A stretch of 64,000 bases of DNA from a virus, in the IMG/VR virus record IMGVR_UViG_3300036791_001436, positions 1-64,000 of that record; one strand, 5' to 3'. Positions 19,483 to 29,878 of the stretch are shown here, piece by piece. The translations under genes were made by a program, and so were the position numbers. Each line of letters opens with the position of its first letter. The stretch's first letter is position 1. The notes under the pieces were generated by a model. The model did not search any database. It was not told the origin of the DNA and saw nothing but the letters and a program-made list of their open reading frames with translations.

Positions 19483-20091
19483 ATGGCTGACGAACAATCT
19501 TCGACGAAGCCTGTGGCTCCCCCGAGGACGCCTCCTACCGATCCGTCGACTGGAGGCCCAGGCAACCCGGCTGTCGCAGTTCCGCAGAACCTGCAGAACC
19601 CGTCAGGCACCGCAGTGGCGCTGAATGAGCCCATCGACAATACCGTGGCGATGGAAGGCCGCAAGGCCTACATCGTGCGCGAGGGCAAGGAATTCAGTGC
19701 GATCGGTCCGATGGGTCGTCGAGACTTCCAGGCTGGCGAGACGATCCAGCTGCCTCCAGAGACGGCTCAGAACTTCAGCTCGCACCTCTACGATGCAGAG
19801 CCGGACGAAAGAACGCCGGTCGACATGATGCCTCCGCCTCCTCCGCCCAAGGGATCGGAGGAGATGTCGCCGGCTGAACGGCAGGCAGCGCTGGCACGCG
19901 CCGGTCAACAGGTTCCGCAGCAGACGGCGCCTGGACAGCCCGTGCAGACAGCTCCTCAGGCGCCTGCTCAGCCTCAGATCCCTTCAGAGAGCCCGAACCC
20001 GCCGAAGCCTCCGATGCCTCCTCCTTCGGAGTCGCCGGCCGAGAAGCAAGCTGAGGCAGCCGCTCCCAAGCCAGCTCCACCCAAGACGTAA
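19483..20091 (+). CDS. Pro/Gln-rich hypothetical protein
   Basis: ATG 19483 after GGAGG. Small folded core flanked by low-complexity sequence. Confidence 0.6.
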   Translation: MADEQSSTKPVAPPRTPPTDPSTGGPGNPAVAVPQNLQNPSGTAVALNEPIDNTVAMEGRKAYIVREGKEFSAIGPMGRRDFQAGETIQLPPETAQNFSSHLYDAEPDERTPVDMMPPPPPPKGSEEMSPAERQAALARAGQQVPQQTAPGQPVQTAPQAPAQPQIPSESPNPPKPPMPPPSESPAEKQAEAAAPKPAPPKT

Positions 20092-20132
20092 CACTAGGCG
20101 GCGTGCAACTATCGGTGTGACGGTGACTACGG

Positions 20133-20549
20133 ATGACAGCTAGAGCGACAGATGCGGACGTCCGAACGCTGGTTGATATGCCAGCGAAGGACCCCACTAC
20201 GCTCTTCCTGTCTATGGCCAACTTGCTTGTCGAGGAAGAGCTAGTCCCCGCCGCACCGACTCTTTCGCCAGCTCGCCTGACCGCCATCGAGCAATTGCTG
20301 GCGGCGCACTTCTGTGTGCTCGCTCAGGAGCGTGGAGGGCTTACCTCATCGGCCCTGAACAACACGAAGGACACCTACTACACCATCAAGGGCACTGCAT
20401 TCGGGCTCGCCTCGACAAGGTTTGGAGCCCAGGCGATGCAGTTGGACGATACAGGCACTCTGGCGGCCCTACAGCAGAAGTCCGGCGGGACTGCCTTGTT
20501 TAGGGTTGCTGGCTATCCCTACGATTACGATTCGCCGGTGCTGCCATGA
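20133..20549 (+). CDS. head-tail adaptor (DUF4054-like)
   Basis: Motifs IEQLLAAHF and GLASTRFGAQAMQLDDTGTL. Position after the MCP. Confidence 0.75.
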   Translation: MTARATDADVRTLVDMPAKDPTTLFLSMANLLVEEELVPAAPTLSPARLTAIEQLLAAHFCVLAQERGGLTSSALNNTKDTYYTIKGTAFGLASTRFGAQAMQLDDTGTLAALQQKSGGTALFRVAGYPYDYDSPVLP

Positions 20550-20905
20550 CGGGTCCCTGCACGCGCATCCTCAACTCCATAGCCACCTACTGGGCGCCGC
20601 TCGGGCAGACCGACGACTTCGGCCAGCCGCTCTTGGACGCCCCGCAACTGGTGAACTCCAGGTGGCTGGACGAGGAGCAGTTCGTGCGCTCGCCGCAGGG
20701 TGACGATGTCAACTGCCATACCGTCGTCTATATCGATATCGACGTGGATCTGGAAGGGTACCTAGCAGAGGGTGACTACTCCTATCTGGCAGACCCTCGC
20801 AACCTCGGGCAGGATGGGCCTCAGTGGATGGGGCAGATCAAGCTGTTCAGCTCCACCCCAGACTTGCGGAACCTTGAGCGGGAGAGGAGGGCTCACCTGA
20901 CATGA
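20546..20905 (+). CDS. head closure protein
   Basis: ATYWAPLGQTDDFGQP motif. Synteny. Confidence 0.65.
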   Translation: MTGPCTRILNSIATYWAPLGQTDDFGQPLLDAPQLVNSRWLDEEQFVRSPQGDDVNCHTVVYIDIDVDLEGYLAEGDYSYLADPRNLGQDGPQWMGQIKLFSSTPDLRNLERERRAHLT

Positions 20906-21486
20906 GCCTCGCTCCCCGCCGTAGCGCCTATGAGATCCATAGCATCTCCCTTCAGAAAGAGCTCAAGGCCTCCGCTCGCGCTCAAGGGCGTGCGGTCTCT
21001 CGTGGTGGCCGAGGTCATGAAGGCGGTGCTGGTGGTGGTGTACATATCCCGTCTGGGACGATCCACCCAATCAAGATGAGCGTAGGCTCGGGCCACTACA
21101 CTGGCGACCTGGGAGAACAGCTGAACCAGCTGGAGAAGGACTTCACCTGGTACTGCAACCAGTTCGAAGAAGGGTCGATGGAGGTACTGCTGGCAGCGTT
21201 GGCACCCACGATAGAACTGGCGTCGTACTACTGCCCCAAGAAGACTGGCGCTCTGGCAGAGAGCGCATATCTAGAGGCAGAGACGTTCCGTAACGGCCAG
21301 CGCGTAGAGATGGGGTTCGCGAAGGGCGGCCATCCTGACTATGCGATCCCTGTGCATGAGGATGTGGAAGCGACACACGAGCCGCCTACCAAGGCCAAGT
21401 TCATGCAGGATGCCATTGACGAGGACTGGGGTAACGTCACTACCAGGATCGCTCAGGGATATCAGCTCATGTCGGGGTTGAAGTGA
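20902..21486 (+). CDS. neck/tail completion protein (HK97 gp10-like)
   Basis: Motifs YCPKKTGALAES, YAIPVHE and KAKFMQDA. Confidence 0.7.
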   Translation: MSLAPRRSAYEIHSISLQKELKASARAQGRAVSRGGRGHEGGAGGGVHIPSGTIHPIKMSVGSGHYTGDLGEQLNQLEKDFTWYCNQFEEGSMEVLLAALAPTIELASYYCPKKTGALAESAYLEAETFRNGQRVEMGFAKGGHPDYAIPVHEDVEATHEPPTKAKFMQDAIDEDWGNVTTRIAQGYQLMSGLK

Positions 21487-21992
21487 TGGCCAACACCCCA
21501 CCCCGCACTCCCAGCGTCGATCGGGTTGACAATGCTCAGATGGTGGCCAACCCTGCCTCTGCTCCTACTACCTACCCTACCATCTGGAGCCCTGCGTATG
21601 GCATCCAGTTGATCCTTCAGAGCGTGGGAGTGGTGGATGGCGACTCTGGATGGACCTCAGCATGTGGCCAAGAGCCTGACCAACCTGACAAGATGGTGAC
21701 GATCTACGACCGCGGCGGCCGTGCTCCCGAGGTGGTAGTAGGCATCAACTGGCCAGAGGTCCAGTTTATCGTGCGCGGGGGAAAGCTCGACTATAATGGG
21801 GCATATGGCCAGTGCATCGCAATTCGCAATGCGATCCAAGCCATTCCCGACCAACCCGTCTGGCCAGAACTCACCTCTGTGTGGGAGCGGACGGACATAC
21901 AGAATCTTGGCAGGGACGGTGCGAGCCGCCCCCGCCTTTCGATGAACTACCAGTTGATCACTACGCCGGCTGATCCCGGCTACAGAATGTAA
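21486..21992 (+). CDS. tail terminator
   Basis: Motifs EPDQPDKMVTIYDRGG, PEVQFIVRG and LGRDGASRPRLSMNYQL. Directly before the tube gene. Confidence 0.7.
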   Translation: MANTPPRTPSVDRVDNAQMVANPASAPTTYPTIWSPAYGIQLILQSVGVVDGDSGWTSACGQEPDQPDKMVTIYDRGGRAPEVVVGINWPEVQFIVRGGKLDYNGAYGQCIAIRNAIQAIPDQPVWPELTSVWERTDIQNLGRDGASRPRLSMNYQLITTPADPGYRM

Positions 21993-22012
21993 TTGTTAGA
22001 CAGGAGATCGTC

Positions 22013-23074
22013 ATGTCGAACAAAAGGCTGCAGATCTCGACGGACAACGTCAACTGGTATACCTTCCCAGGCTCGACGGCGGCGAAGAAGGTTGAACTCA
22101 ACTCGATCACTGACACGATCTTCGGTCAGCCCTTCGAGTCGATGAATCCGACCATTGGTCAGTCGGACTATTCCGGCGACTCCTACTTCAAGGGAGTGGC
22201 AGGGTACAATGCCCAGATCAAAGAGACGGGCATCCCGACGGTGATGACCTCTGAGCCGTGCACTCTGGTCTCCGGTAAGACTTACCAGATCACCAATCCG
22301 GCACACCGGCTGATCGTCGTCGAAGCCAACCTCATCATCATGGACGCCGGCGTCAACAAGGTCGCGAACGTGGCGTTCATCGACTATCTTGCCGGCACGA
22401 TCACCTTCGCGGCTTCCTATGTGGTCACCGGACCCGTCACCGTCACCGGCTCCTACTATCCTACGGCGACTCTGGCGAAGGCAAGGTCGTGGACTCTCAC
22501 GCAGACCCAGACTGAGATCGACGCCACCGACTACGACGATGCGCAAGCCACCAACGGGATGCGCACCTTCCTGCCAGGGCTGAAGAGCGTCAAGCTGGCG
22601 CTCCAGAGCATCTACTTCGCCTCCAACGCCTACATCTCCGACTTGCTCAGCCGGAGCACGGTGTACGTCGTCGGCGACCTCGAAGGGGCGACCACCCCCA
22701 ATATGGAAGTCTGGCGGGGGATGTTCCGCAAGGTGGACCACAACCAGCAGGGCAATCAAGGTGCGTTGGAAGAAGAGACCATCAACTACGACCTCTTCGT
22801 CTACAACAACCCCCTCATGTCGTTCCCCTTCAGCTGGTACGTAGCTGGTGGGTCGTCGATGCTCGCCATGGCTGTGCAGGAGGCGATCAACGCCTGGCAG
22901 CTGCAGACCACGATCTACATCCGCTACCTGCCGTCAGGCGTTACGGGTATGATCCCTCCAGATGGCTGGACGTCGGCTGCGATCGTCACCGAGGCGAGCC
23001 TTGCCAACGACTCCACCGGGCAGAACGTCTTCACCTTCAAGTTCCGCGCAACGGGGGCGCTCTCGAACGTCTAG
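22013..23074 (+). CDS. major tail tube protein
   Basis: Motifs SWTLTQTQTEIDATDY...RTFLPGLKS and C-terminal FTFKFRATGAL. Strong codon bias. Confidence 0.8.
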   Translation: MSNKRLQISTDNVNWYTFPGSTAAKKVELNSITDTIFGQPFESMNPTIGQSDYSGDSYFKGVAGYNAQIKETGIPTVMTSEPCTLVSGKTYQITNPAHRLIVVEANLIIMDAGVNKVANVAFIDYLAGTITFAASYVVTGPVTVTGSYYPTATLAKARSWTLTQTQTEIDATDYDDAQATNGMRTFLPGLKSVKLALQSIYFASNAYISDLLSRSTVYVVGDLEGATTPNMEVWRGMFRKVDHNQQGNQGALEEETINYDLFVYNNPLMSFPFSWYVAGGSSMLAMAVQEAINAWQLQTTIYIRYLPSGVTGMIPPDGWTSAAIVTEASLANDSTGQNVFTFKFRATGALSNV

Positions 23075-23123
23075 CCCCTGACCCCACCTCTCCCTTTATC
23101 AACCCGAATGACAAGAGGCCAAC

Positions 23124-23597
23124 ATGTCATCCGATACCATGGAACCCGTCGGCGATGTGCCCGGCGTGACTACCACCGACGAAGAGGTTCTGCCTGCCGC
23201 CCCTGAGCCCAAGTTGGCTGACAAGGCCAATGGCTCCGAGAACGTCCTCGCAAATCCCACACGGGACCAGATCAGACAGGCGATCCTCGACTCCAAGCCT
23301 GAAACCGAGAAGGTGGTCTTCAACGGCGTCCTGGTGGAGCTGCACCAGCCTTCCCTCGAGGAACTGCTGAACGTTCGCGCCGGCGCAGAGGACGACAACA
23401 AGAAGGCGGTGGTCTCGATGATCATCACCTACTGCTACGTCCCTGGGACGAACATGAAGGTGTTCGAGGAGACCGACTACGATTCGCTCCTCTCCGTTCC
23501 TTTCGGGAAGGGCATGTCGACTCTGCTCGAAGGGTTCACCAAGCTCACGGGGGTGGATGTCACGGATGCCGATAAAAGAAAGGCTGAGGGGAGATAG
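23124..23597 (+). CDS. tail assembly chaperone (gpG-like)
   Basis: Lies between the tube and the tape measure genes. Acidic. Confidence 0.75.
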   Translation: MSSDTMEPVGDVPGVTTTDEEVLPAAPEPKLADKANGSENVLANPTRDQIRQAILDSKPETEKVVFNGVLVELHQPSLEELLNVRAGAEDDNKKAVVSMIITYCYVPGTNMKVFEETDYDSLLSVPFGKGMSTLLEGFTKLTGVDVTDADKRKAEGR

Positions 23598-23772
23598 CCT
23601 GCGCTGGATCATCATGACCGTCGCCTATGAACTCGGCAAGACGGAAGAGGAGATCGTTCACTGGTCTGTGACTACTCTGAAGCGGTGGTGGACGTTCTTT
23701 ATCGTCCGGGCTGAAGAGGAGGCTAAGGCCTATGAGCGGGCCCGTCGGAGAGCTGGAGCCGGCGGTCGTTAG
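23566..23772 (+). CDS. tail assembly chaperone extension (gpT-like), in the +1 frame
   Basis: VAYELGKTEEEIVHWSVTTLKRWWTFF resembles gpT-type segments. Overlaps the end of the gpG-like gene. Confidence 0.65.
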   Translation: MPIKERLRGDSLRWIIMTVAYELGKTEEEIVHWSVTTLKRWWTFFIVRAEEEAKAYERARRRAGAGGR

Positions 23773-23787
23773 AGATGAGAGGGGCCG

Positions 23788-26700
23788 GTGCTAAACCTCG
23801 GTGACCTCACCTTTGGGATTACCGCGAACACTGCAGGGCTTCAGGCTGCACAGCAACAACTACAGTCATTCGGCCGTGCGTTACAGGGCACTGTAACCAA
23901 GGCGAAGGGTGACATCGACGCTACTACCTCTGCCCTGATACGGCAAGAGGGTGCGGCGCTACGTGCGCTGCAACAGGTGCAGAGCATGCAGAACCGGATC
24001 GCCTCTGGCGGTCTATCTCCTGCAGCAGCGTCACGTCTTACCACCCAACTTGAAAGTGCATTCACTAAGTTCTCGAGCGCACAGGCGCAGCGATCACCCT
24101 TAAACCAGTTGCAGCAATCACGCCAGGCCATAGCTTTCGCCGAACAGCTTCAGGATGTTGCCCGAGCCTTTACTTCGGAGACCGTTGCTGCAAGGCAAGC
24201 AGAGGCCGAAGCAAATGCTGTCCAGGCGGCTTTCGAAAAGCAGTCGCTGGCCGCTATGCGCGCAGAGAACTCTGTCATGCTGCTTCAGGAACGTCTGGAG
24301 CAAGCGGCAAAGGCAGGCGCTATCTCCCCTGCTCGCGCTGGCGCACTCTCTGGACAATTGACTGGAGCTCTAGGGGCACTGCGCGGCGAGACAACAGGCG
24401 CAGGTGCAGATCCTCTCAATGCGGAGGCGATGCTTGCCAGCTCCCAGAAGTTCAGTAACGCACTCGGCTCTGTCCGGAATGAACTGTCCCAGGCGCAAAG
24501 AGCTGCGGCTCCCTTCAACGCTGCGATGCGTGGTATCAGTGATGCGTTGATCTTGTCTACTGGCCCCTTCGGAATGATGGCGTTCCGCCTACGTGCAGTT
24601 ACCGACCTGATGAAGGAGTTCGGTGTTGTAGCCGGCGGCAGTGTAGCAGCTATTGTAGGCGTGGGCGTTGCCGTGTTCGGCCTGGGCGACGCTATGCTGC
24701 ATGCTATGATTAGTCTACAGCAGGTTGAAGTCACTCTGAAGGCCATCACGGGATCTAGTATAGTTGCCAATGAAGAAGTTGGGTACTTACGGGATACTGC
24801 CAACCAGGCAGGCCTTTCGTTCCAAACCTTGGGAGCAGTGTTCGGGCGCTTTGAAGCCGCTGCAACTGCGACTGGGCAGAGTCTATCCATAACGCACGAG
24901 GAGTTTACTAAGCTCTCCCTGATCATGGGCACCTTGCACTTAGGTACAGAGCAGGTGAATAACGTCGTGCGTACCATGGACGAGATCTTCTCGCAGGGGT
25001 ATGTGCAGACGAGGAACGTGGTTCGACAGCTGGCGACCGAACTCCCAGGCGCGATGGACATCTCTCGTGTAGCTGCTGCGGCCATGACTGGCCAGCTGAA
25101 GCTCACGGGGGCAGAGTTCACGAAGATGCTGTCCCAGAAGACGGTGTCAGGCCCTGAATTCGTCCAGGCGTTCTTGAAGGCCTACTCCGAGTTCATCAAG
25201 CTGGATCCCGCCAAGCCTATTGATACCTTGCAGGCCTCTATCAACCGCTTAGGCAACCAGTGGAACTATCTGCTCACTACTACCTCGGAGTCTACAGGAG
25301 CTACCAAACTCTTTAAGGACGTCATCACTGGGCTAGCAAATGGGATCCAGTCGCTACGGAATAACTTGTCGACCGTGCTGACCAACATTGCAGGGTTTGT
25401 AGGCGCTTTGGCAGGTATAGGCGCAGCGCTGGTCGTGATCTCGTCCTTCGCCCCTACAATCGCAGCATTTGCGACCGTCTGGAGAACCTTTGCCAATGCC
25501 ATAGTAATAGTGCGCAATGCGGAGACGATCCTAGCCGGTGTACAGGCGGCGCTCAACGCCTTGATGTCCGCCAATCCTATAGTGCTCGTCATACAGCTAT
25601 TCCTTTCGCTCGCTGCAGCTGTTGTGGGCGCCAAAGTTGCTATGGACTTGATGAACACTGCCATCATGACTAACAATGCCCAGATGGCGGACACTTCGGA
25701 TATTGACAACTACATCAAGAAGGAGAAGGACCTCAAGACCCAGGTCGATGAAGTGACTGCGGCTTACGCAAAGCAGGCTGGCGCAGCTCAGATCGCGACC
25801 CAGGGCCAGTTCATCCCTGCTCTGATTGCCCTTAATAAGGCGCAAAGGGACTTCGATGCGGAGTTGCAAGCTGCCCAGCAGATGGACATTGCGCAGGGCA
25901 TTCCCACTTCGATGGCGAATCAGAGCAAGGCTGTTCAAAGAGCGCAGTCCGTACTGGACGACGCTAAGCAAGCCTATCAGATGGCTCAGCAGGCCGGTAT
26001 CGACGCTGACAAGCGAGTGCAGGCCATTCAGGCGATCGCCGCTAAGCCTTCTGACCGAACCCTAGGAGTTGGGTCGGCAGGAGACGCTACTCACAAGGGA
26101 CCGAGCCCCTTCGCCGGGACGTCGGAGATCGAGAAGGTCATCCAAGAGGCGGCCGCCGCTCAACAACAAGTCAACGAACTGCTCGCCAATCCTACCGCCA
26201 ATACGAAGACGATCGAAGACCTCGCTAAGGCGCGAGAGCTGCTATACGACATCTCCCACTCGAAGGACACCCAGGCGCAGCTCAACGTCATCGTCAAGTT
26301 GATGAACGATGCAGGCGACAAGTCTATCGGTCTAGGCGCCCACCTTGACGAAGTTACCGCACACCTAGAAGCGTTCGTCAAAAAGGCACGTGAAGGGCAC
26401 GAGACTCTCAAGGACTGGGCAGATACGCAGGAGAGGATCAAGAAGGGCGCCGCAGATCTATCTTCTGAGCAGGAGAGGATCACCGCATTGGTAAATGGGG
26501 TGAACCCTGACTCGTTGGATATATTCAAGAAGCCTCTGGATGAGGCGAGGAAGCTCATTGGCGAGCTTCAACAGTTCCCTGCTCTGTTGGCAACTTTGGA
26601 GGAGCAATCGAAGGGAGCTCCAGGAGAGGACTTTGCTCACCGGCTTGCAAATATGATTTCCGGCGGAGAAGCACTGAAGGAGGCTGAGAAGCCTCTGCAG

Positions 26701-27927
26701 TTGATCAACGAAGATGCTCTGACAATGTCGACCAATCTGGCGTCGTTGAAGGCATCTTCTGTCGGTTCTATTCTCGACGTGGGCTATATGGAGCAGGCCA
26801 CGAAAGCGTTGCAGGGCCTTGACTCTGACGGCCTTGCGAAGGTTGAAGCGTCTCTGTCCCGCTTCGAGACGGTAACTGGGAGTGCCACTACAGACCTTGC
26901 GAACTTCCTTAAGACGCAGGCGCTCGTGCAGCAAGCGACTGACCTTCACAAGAAGGCGCTAGAAGACAACATCAAGGCCTGGCAGGACTGGGCTGACAAT
27001 ACGGTAGATTCCATCGGCAAGGTCCTCAACGGGACTGAGTCCCTGGGGACTGGCATAAAGGATATCTTCCACTCCCTGGCAACGACGATAATTAACGCCG
27101 CGCTCATTAATCCCATGAAGCTGGCGCTGAACCAGGGCATCTCCAACATGATGCAGGGGATTACCTCTGGCTTCGGTGCTACCTCTATGGGAGGTCTCTG
27201 GGGGACTATCGGCAATGTGATCAAGAGCGCGTTCGGGGGAGGTGCTCAGGGGTTCTCGGGTGCGGCCGGTACCTCGGCAGCTTTGGCAGCAACGACTTCG
27301 CTCACCGCTGCAACGACTGCAACTGCTGCCTCGACTACCGCACAGGGCATCGCCACCGCCACTGCCACTGCGTCGTTGGTAGCGTTCACTGGCGCCTTAG
27401 ATTTGGCTTCCGTTGCGGCCATGGGCTCTGCAACCAGTGGTATCACATCGTTCCTCTCGCCCCTGATTGGCGTTGGGACTCTGATGACGGTTGCTACGGG
27501 TACTCAAGGGCCCATCTCTGGTCCAGGCACTACCACTTCAGATTCCATCCTTGCAAGGGTGTCGAAGGGTGAATGGATCATCAACGCCGCGGTAGGTCAG
27601 CGGTATGGATCCTTGCTGCGTGCGATCACGACAGGCAAGGCTCTTCCTGGGTTCGCCTATGGAGGGTACGCTGGCAATGCGGCTGGTGACCTCTTCGTGC
27701 CAGGGGTTGGGTCGCAGGCAATGTCTGCAGCCATCACCAACGCCAACTCGACTGGGATAGACGCACGTGCGTATATCGATGCGCGCGGCGCAACTCCAGA
27801 CGCGGTAGCGGCCCTCAGAGACGAGATGCGGATCAGGGAGGCAAAACTGAAGTCGCAACTACCCCAGATCATCGATGCGCGTACGGTAGATAACCGAGTG
27901 CGCAATCGTTGGGGCATGGCGTACTAG
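23788..27927 (+). CDS. tape measure protein
   Basis: 1379 aa, Ala-rich and helical. N-terminus LGDLTFGITANT. Tape-measure core QLATELPGA. C-terminus GPGTTTSDSILARVSKGEWIINA. Confidence 0.92.
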   Translation: MLNLGDLTFGITANTAGLQAAQQQLQSFGRALQGTVTKAKGDIDATTSALIRQEGAALRALQQVQSMQNRIASGGLSPAAASRLTTQLESAFTKFSSAQAQRSPLNQLQQSRQAIAFAEQLQDVARAFTSETVAARQAEAEANAVQAAFEKQSLAAMRAENSVMLLQERLEQAAKAGAISPARAGALSGQLTGALGALRGETTGAGADPLNAEAMLASSQKFSNALGSVRNELSQAQRAAAPFNAAMRGISDALILSTGPFGMMAFRLRAVTDLMKEFGVVAGGSVAAIVGVGVAVFGLGDAMLHAMISLQQVEVTLKAITGSSIVANEEVGYLRDTANQAGLSFQTLGAVFGRFEAAATATGQSLSITHEEFTKLSLIMGTLHLGTEQVNNVVRTMDEIFSQGYVQTRNVVRQLATELPGAMDISRVAAAAMTGQLKLTGAEFTKMLSQKTVSGPEFVQAFLKAYSEFIKLDPAKPIDTLQASINRLGNQWNYLLTTTSESTGATKLFKDVITGLANGIQSLRNNLSTVLTNIAGFVGALAGIGAALVVISSFAPTIAAFATVWRTFANAIVIVRNAETILAGVQAALNALMSANPIVLVIQLFLSLAAAVVGAKVAMDLMNTAIMTNNAQMADTSDIDNYIKKEKDLKTQVDEVTAAYAKQAGAAQIATQGQFIPALIALNKAQRDFDAELQAAQQMDIAQGIPTSMANQSKAVQRAQSVLDDAKQAYQMAQQAGIDADKRVQAIQAIAAKPSDRTLGVGSAGDATHKGPSPFAGTSEIEKVIQEAAAAQQQVNELLANPTANTKTIEDLAKARELLYDISHSKDTQAQLNVIVKLMNDAGDKSIGLGAHLDEVTAHLEAFVKKAREGHETLKDWADTQERIKKGAADLSSEQERITALVNGVNPDSLDIFKKPLDEARKLIGELQQFPALLATLEEQSKGAPGEDFAHRLANMISGGEALKEAEKPLQLINEDALTMSTNLASLKASSVGSILDVGYMEQATKALQGLDSDGLAKVEASLSRFETVTGSATTDLANFLKTQALVQQATDLHKKALEDNIKAWQDWADNTVDSIGKVLNGTESLGTGIKDIFHSLATTIINAALINPMKLALNQGISNMMQGITSGFGATSMGGLWGTIGNVIKSAFGGGAQGFSGAAGTSAALAATTSLTAATTATAASTTAQGIATATATASLVAFTGALDLASVAAMGSATSGITSFLSPLIGVGTLMTVATGTQGPISGPGTTTSDSILARVSKGEWIINAAVGQRYGSLLRAITTGKALPGFAYGGYAGNAAGDLFVPGVGSQAMSAAITNANSTGIDARAYIDARGATPDAVAALRDEMRIREAKLKSQLPQIIDARTVDNRVRNRWGMAY

Positions 27928-27950
27928 CGCTAGGGAGAGGGTAAGAGGCC

Positions 27951-28649
27951 ATGGCAATTGTTCCTGCCCTAGCGATGCCGAGCCCCTTGCCGGTGAACTC
28001 GGTGACCTTCAATCTCACTCCGGTTCAGATGCTGACTCCTACCAATACAGGCGGGGGTGGTTTCATCCAGAGCATAGACCGTACCACTCCGATGTGGACA
28101 GCGAAGTATGTGACGCGCCCTCTGGCATCAACTGGCGGCAGCGCGTATCAAGCCTGGATTAGATGGCTTGACCTTCTTGAAGGGTCCAACTATCCTTTCC
28201 TGGCGTTCCATCCTCGCTTCCCAGTGCCTGCGGCGTTCATGTCGCAGATGCCTGGCGCGCTGACTTCAAAGCCATGGGGTGCGGCAACTGTTGTGTCAGC
28301 CAACAACTTCTCCGACCCTGGGTACATCATCAACGGGGTGCAACAGGGAACACTGACGGTGTCTGGGTTCACCGTTGGTACAGTATTGAGCCCAGGTGAC
28401 TTCGTCGCTTACCAGAACGGGAACCTCTTCCTCCTGTATAGGGTGTGCGACCAGGCAGGCCCAGGGGCCATCTCGAAGATCGCCGTGAAGCCCCGTCCTC
28501 AGGATGTGATCTCTACGTCACTGGCGCTGAACCTGTCCAAGCCCTGCTGCTCTATGAAGATGACCGCAGTTCCTGCATGGACTGACGATGTATCGTCGTT
28601 CCCCATCTGCACAATTATGGCAGCCCAGTATATGGAACGGGGGACGTAG
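27951..28649 (+). CDS. distal tail protein
   Basis: Follows the tape measure gene. Contains a W..WLDLLEG-type motif. Confidence 0.6.
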   Translation: MAIVPALAMPSPLPVNSVTFNLTPVQMLTPTNTGGGGFIQSIDRTTPMWTAKYVTRPLASTGGSAYQAWIRWLDLLEGSNYPFLAFHPRFPVPAAFMSQMPGALTSKPWGAATVVSANNFSDPGYIINGVQQGTLTVSGFTVGTVLSPGDFVAYQNGNLFLLYRVCDQAGPGAISKIAVKPRPQDVISTSLALNLSKPCCSMKMTAVPAWTDDVSSFPICTIMAAQYMERGT

Positions 28650-28652
28650 CCC

Positions 28653-29402
28653 GTGGCACGAGCGTTTACCCCCGCACAACTACAGCTAATACAGGGAGGT
28701 CGTATTAAAGCCCGTCTCCTGGCATTGTTTGCCTTGGACTCAGGCAACTGGTATTTCTGTGATGACGTATGGGACATGTCAGATGGAACTAATACTTGGA
28801 TTGGTGCTTCTGCTCTTGCATCTTGCACTGACATCACTTCCGCCGCCGGATTCGCCGCCGAGTCCGCAACGATCATTATTGATGGAGACCGCCTATCACA
28901 GTCAGGCTTTACCGATCCTGCGTATCTCTTCCGGGAGATCATGTACGAGATGGTGCACCAGCGCCGGGTATACCTTTATTTAGGCCTAGCGCTGCCGGAC
29001 TCGAAGAACTTCACGCTGGTAGTCCCGATCTACACCGGGGTGATCAATAACTGCAAGGTGGTATACCCTGCCGTCGATGTTATGGGGTCCAAGGGGGGCG
29101 GTGATCCTTCTACAGTGCAGCCATCCCAGGGGCAGTTGATCATCACCCTGGATTCTATTGCCAGCCGATATAGTTCCTCGACATTCCGCACCCGCTCGCA
29201 CAACGACCAGTTGAACATTGACTCCTCGGATCAGTTCATGTCGTTCGTGAGCCGTTTGGTTGGTAATGAGCAGATCCTATACTGGGGCAAGAATCCTCCC
29301 AAGGCCATCCCCAACCAGGGATATCCGTACCAGGGCTCGGTCATAGGAGGGCAGTATAACCCCTACGACCCCTTCGGCGGGATACAAGGGAATACCTACT
29401 GA
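28653..29402 (+). CDS. tail hub/minor tail protein
   Basis: Motif RTRSHNDQLNIDSSDQFMSFV...LYWG. Synteny. Confidence 0.6.
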   Translation: MARAFTPAQLQLIQGGRIKARLLALFALDSGNWYFCDDVWDMSDGTNTWIGASALASCTDITSAAGFAAESATIIIDGDRLSQSGFTDPAYLFREIMYEMVHQRRVYLYLGLALPDSKNFTLVVPIYTGVINNCKVVYPAVDVMGSKGGGDPSTVQPSQGQLIITLDSIASRYSSSTFRTRSHNDQLNIDSSDQFMSFVSRLVGNEQILYWGKNPPKAIPNQGYPYQGSVIGGQYNPYDPFGGIQGNTY

Positions 29403-29878
29403 TGTCCAGAGTTCATGACTGGGGACAGAGGCTGACGGAGTACATCGTGCAGTTGCGGTACGAGATGGACTGCGACTACAAGCACTTCGGGTATGATACT
29501 GGGGACCCGTTTGCAGTCAACTGCCTGACGTTTGCAGTAGGTGCTGCCCAGGTGATCACAGGGCGTTCCTATGCAGATGCGTTTGCTGGGTACACGGATC
29601 CCAAGAGTGCACTGCGGTACATGAGGTCAAAGGGGGAGAACCTCGGAGATGTGTTAGGCCTATACTTCCCGGAGAAGCCTTGTGCCTATGTGCAACGGGG
29701 TGATATCGTGCTGGTGCCAGCGCTGGAGCTCACCCCGTTCGGAGAGGGATGCTGCATTGCAGATCCGCCCCACTACTGGGGTTTAAGTGAAGGAGGTATA
29801 GGCTTCGGCCAGCTCACGGAGATCCTGCGAGCCTTCGCAGTTGATTCACTCCCGAGCCAATGGGAGGAGAAGGCTTAG
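29402..29878 (+). CDS. tail-associated NlpC/P60-like protein
   Basis: Motifs RVHDWGQRL, NCLTFAVGAAQVITG and QRGDIVL. Confidence 0.6.
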   Translation: MSRVHDWGQRLTEYIVQLRYEMDCDYKHFGYDTGDPFAVNCLTFAVGAAQVITGRSYADAFAGYTDPKSALRYMRSKGENLGDVLGLYFPEKPCAYVQRGDIVLVPALELTPFGEGCCIADPPHYWGLSEGGIGFGQLTEILRAFAVDSLPSQWEEKA

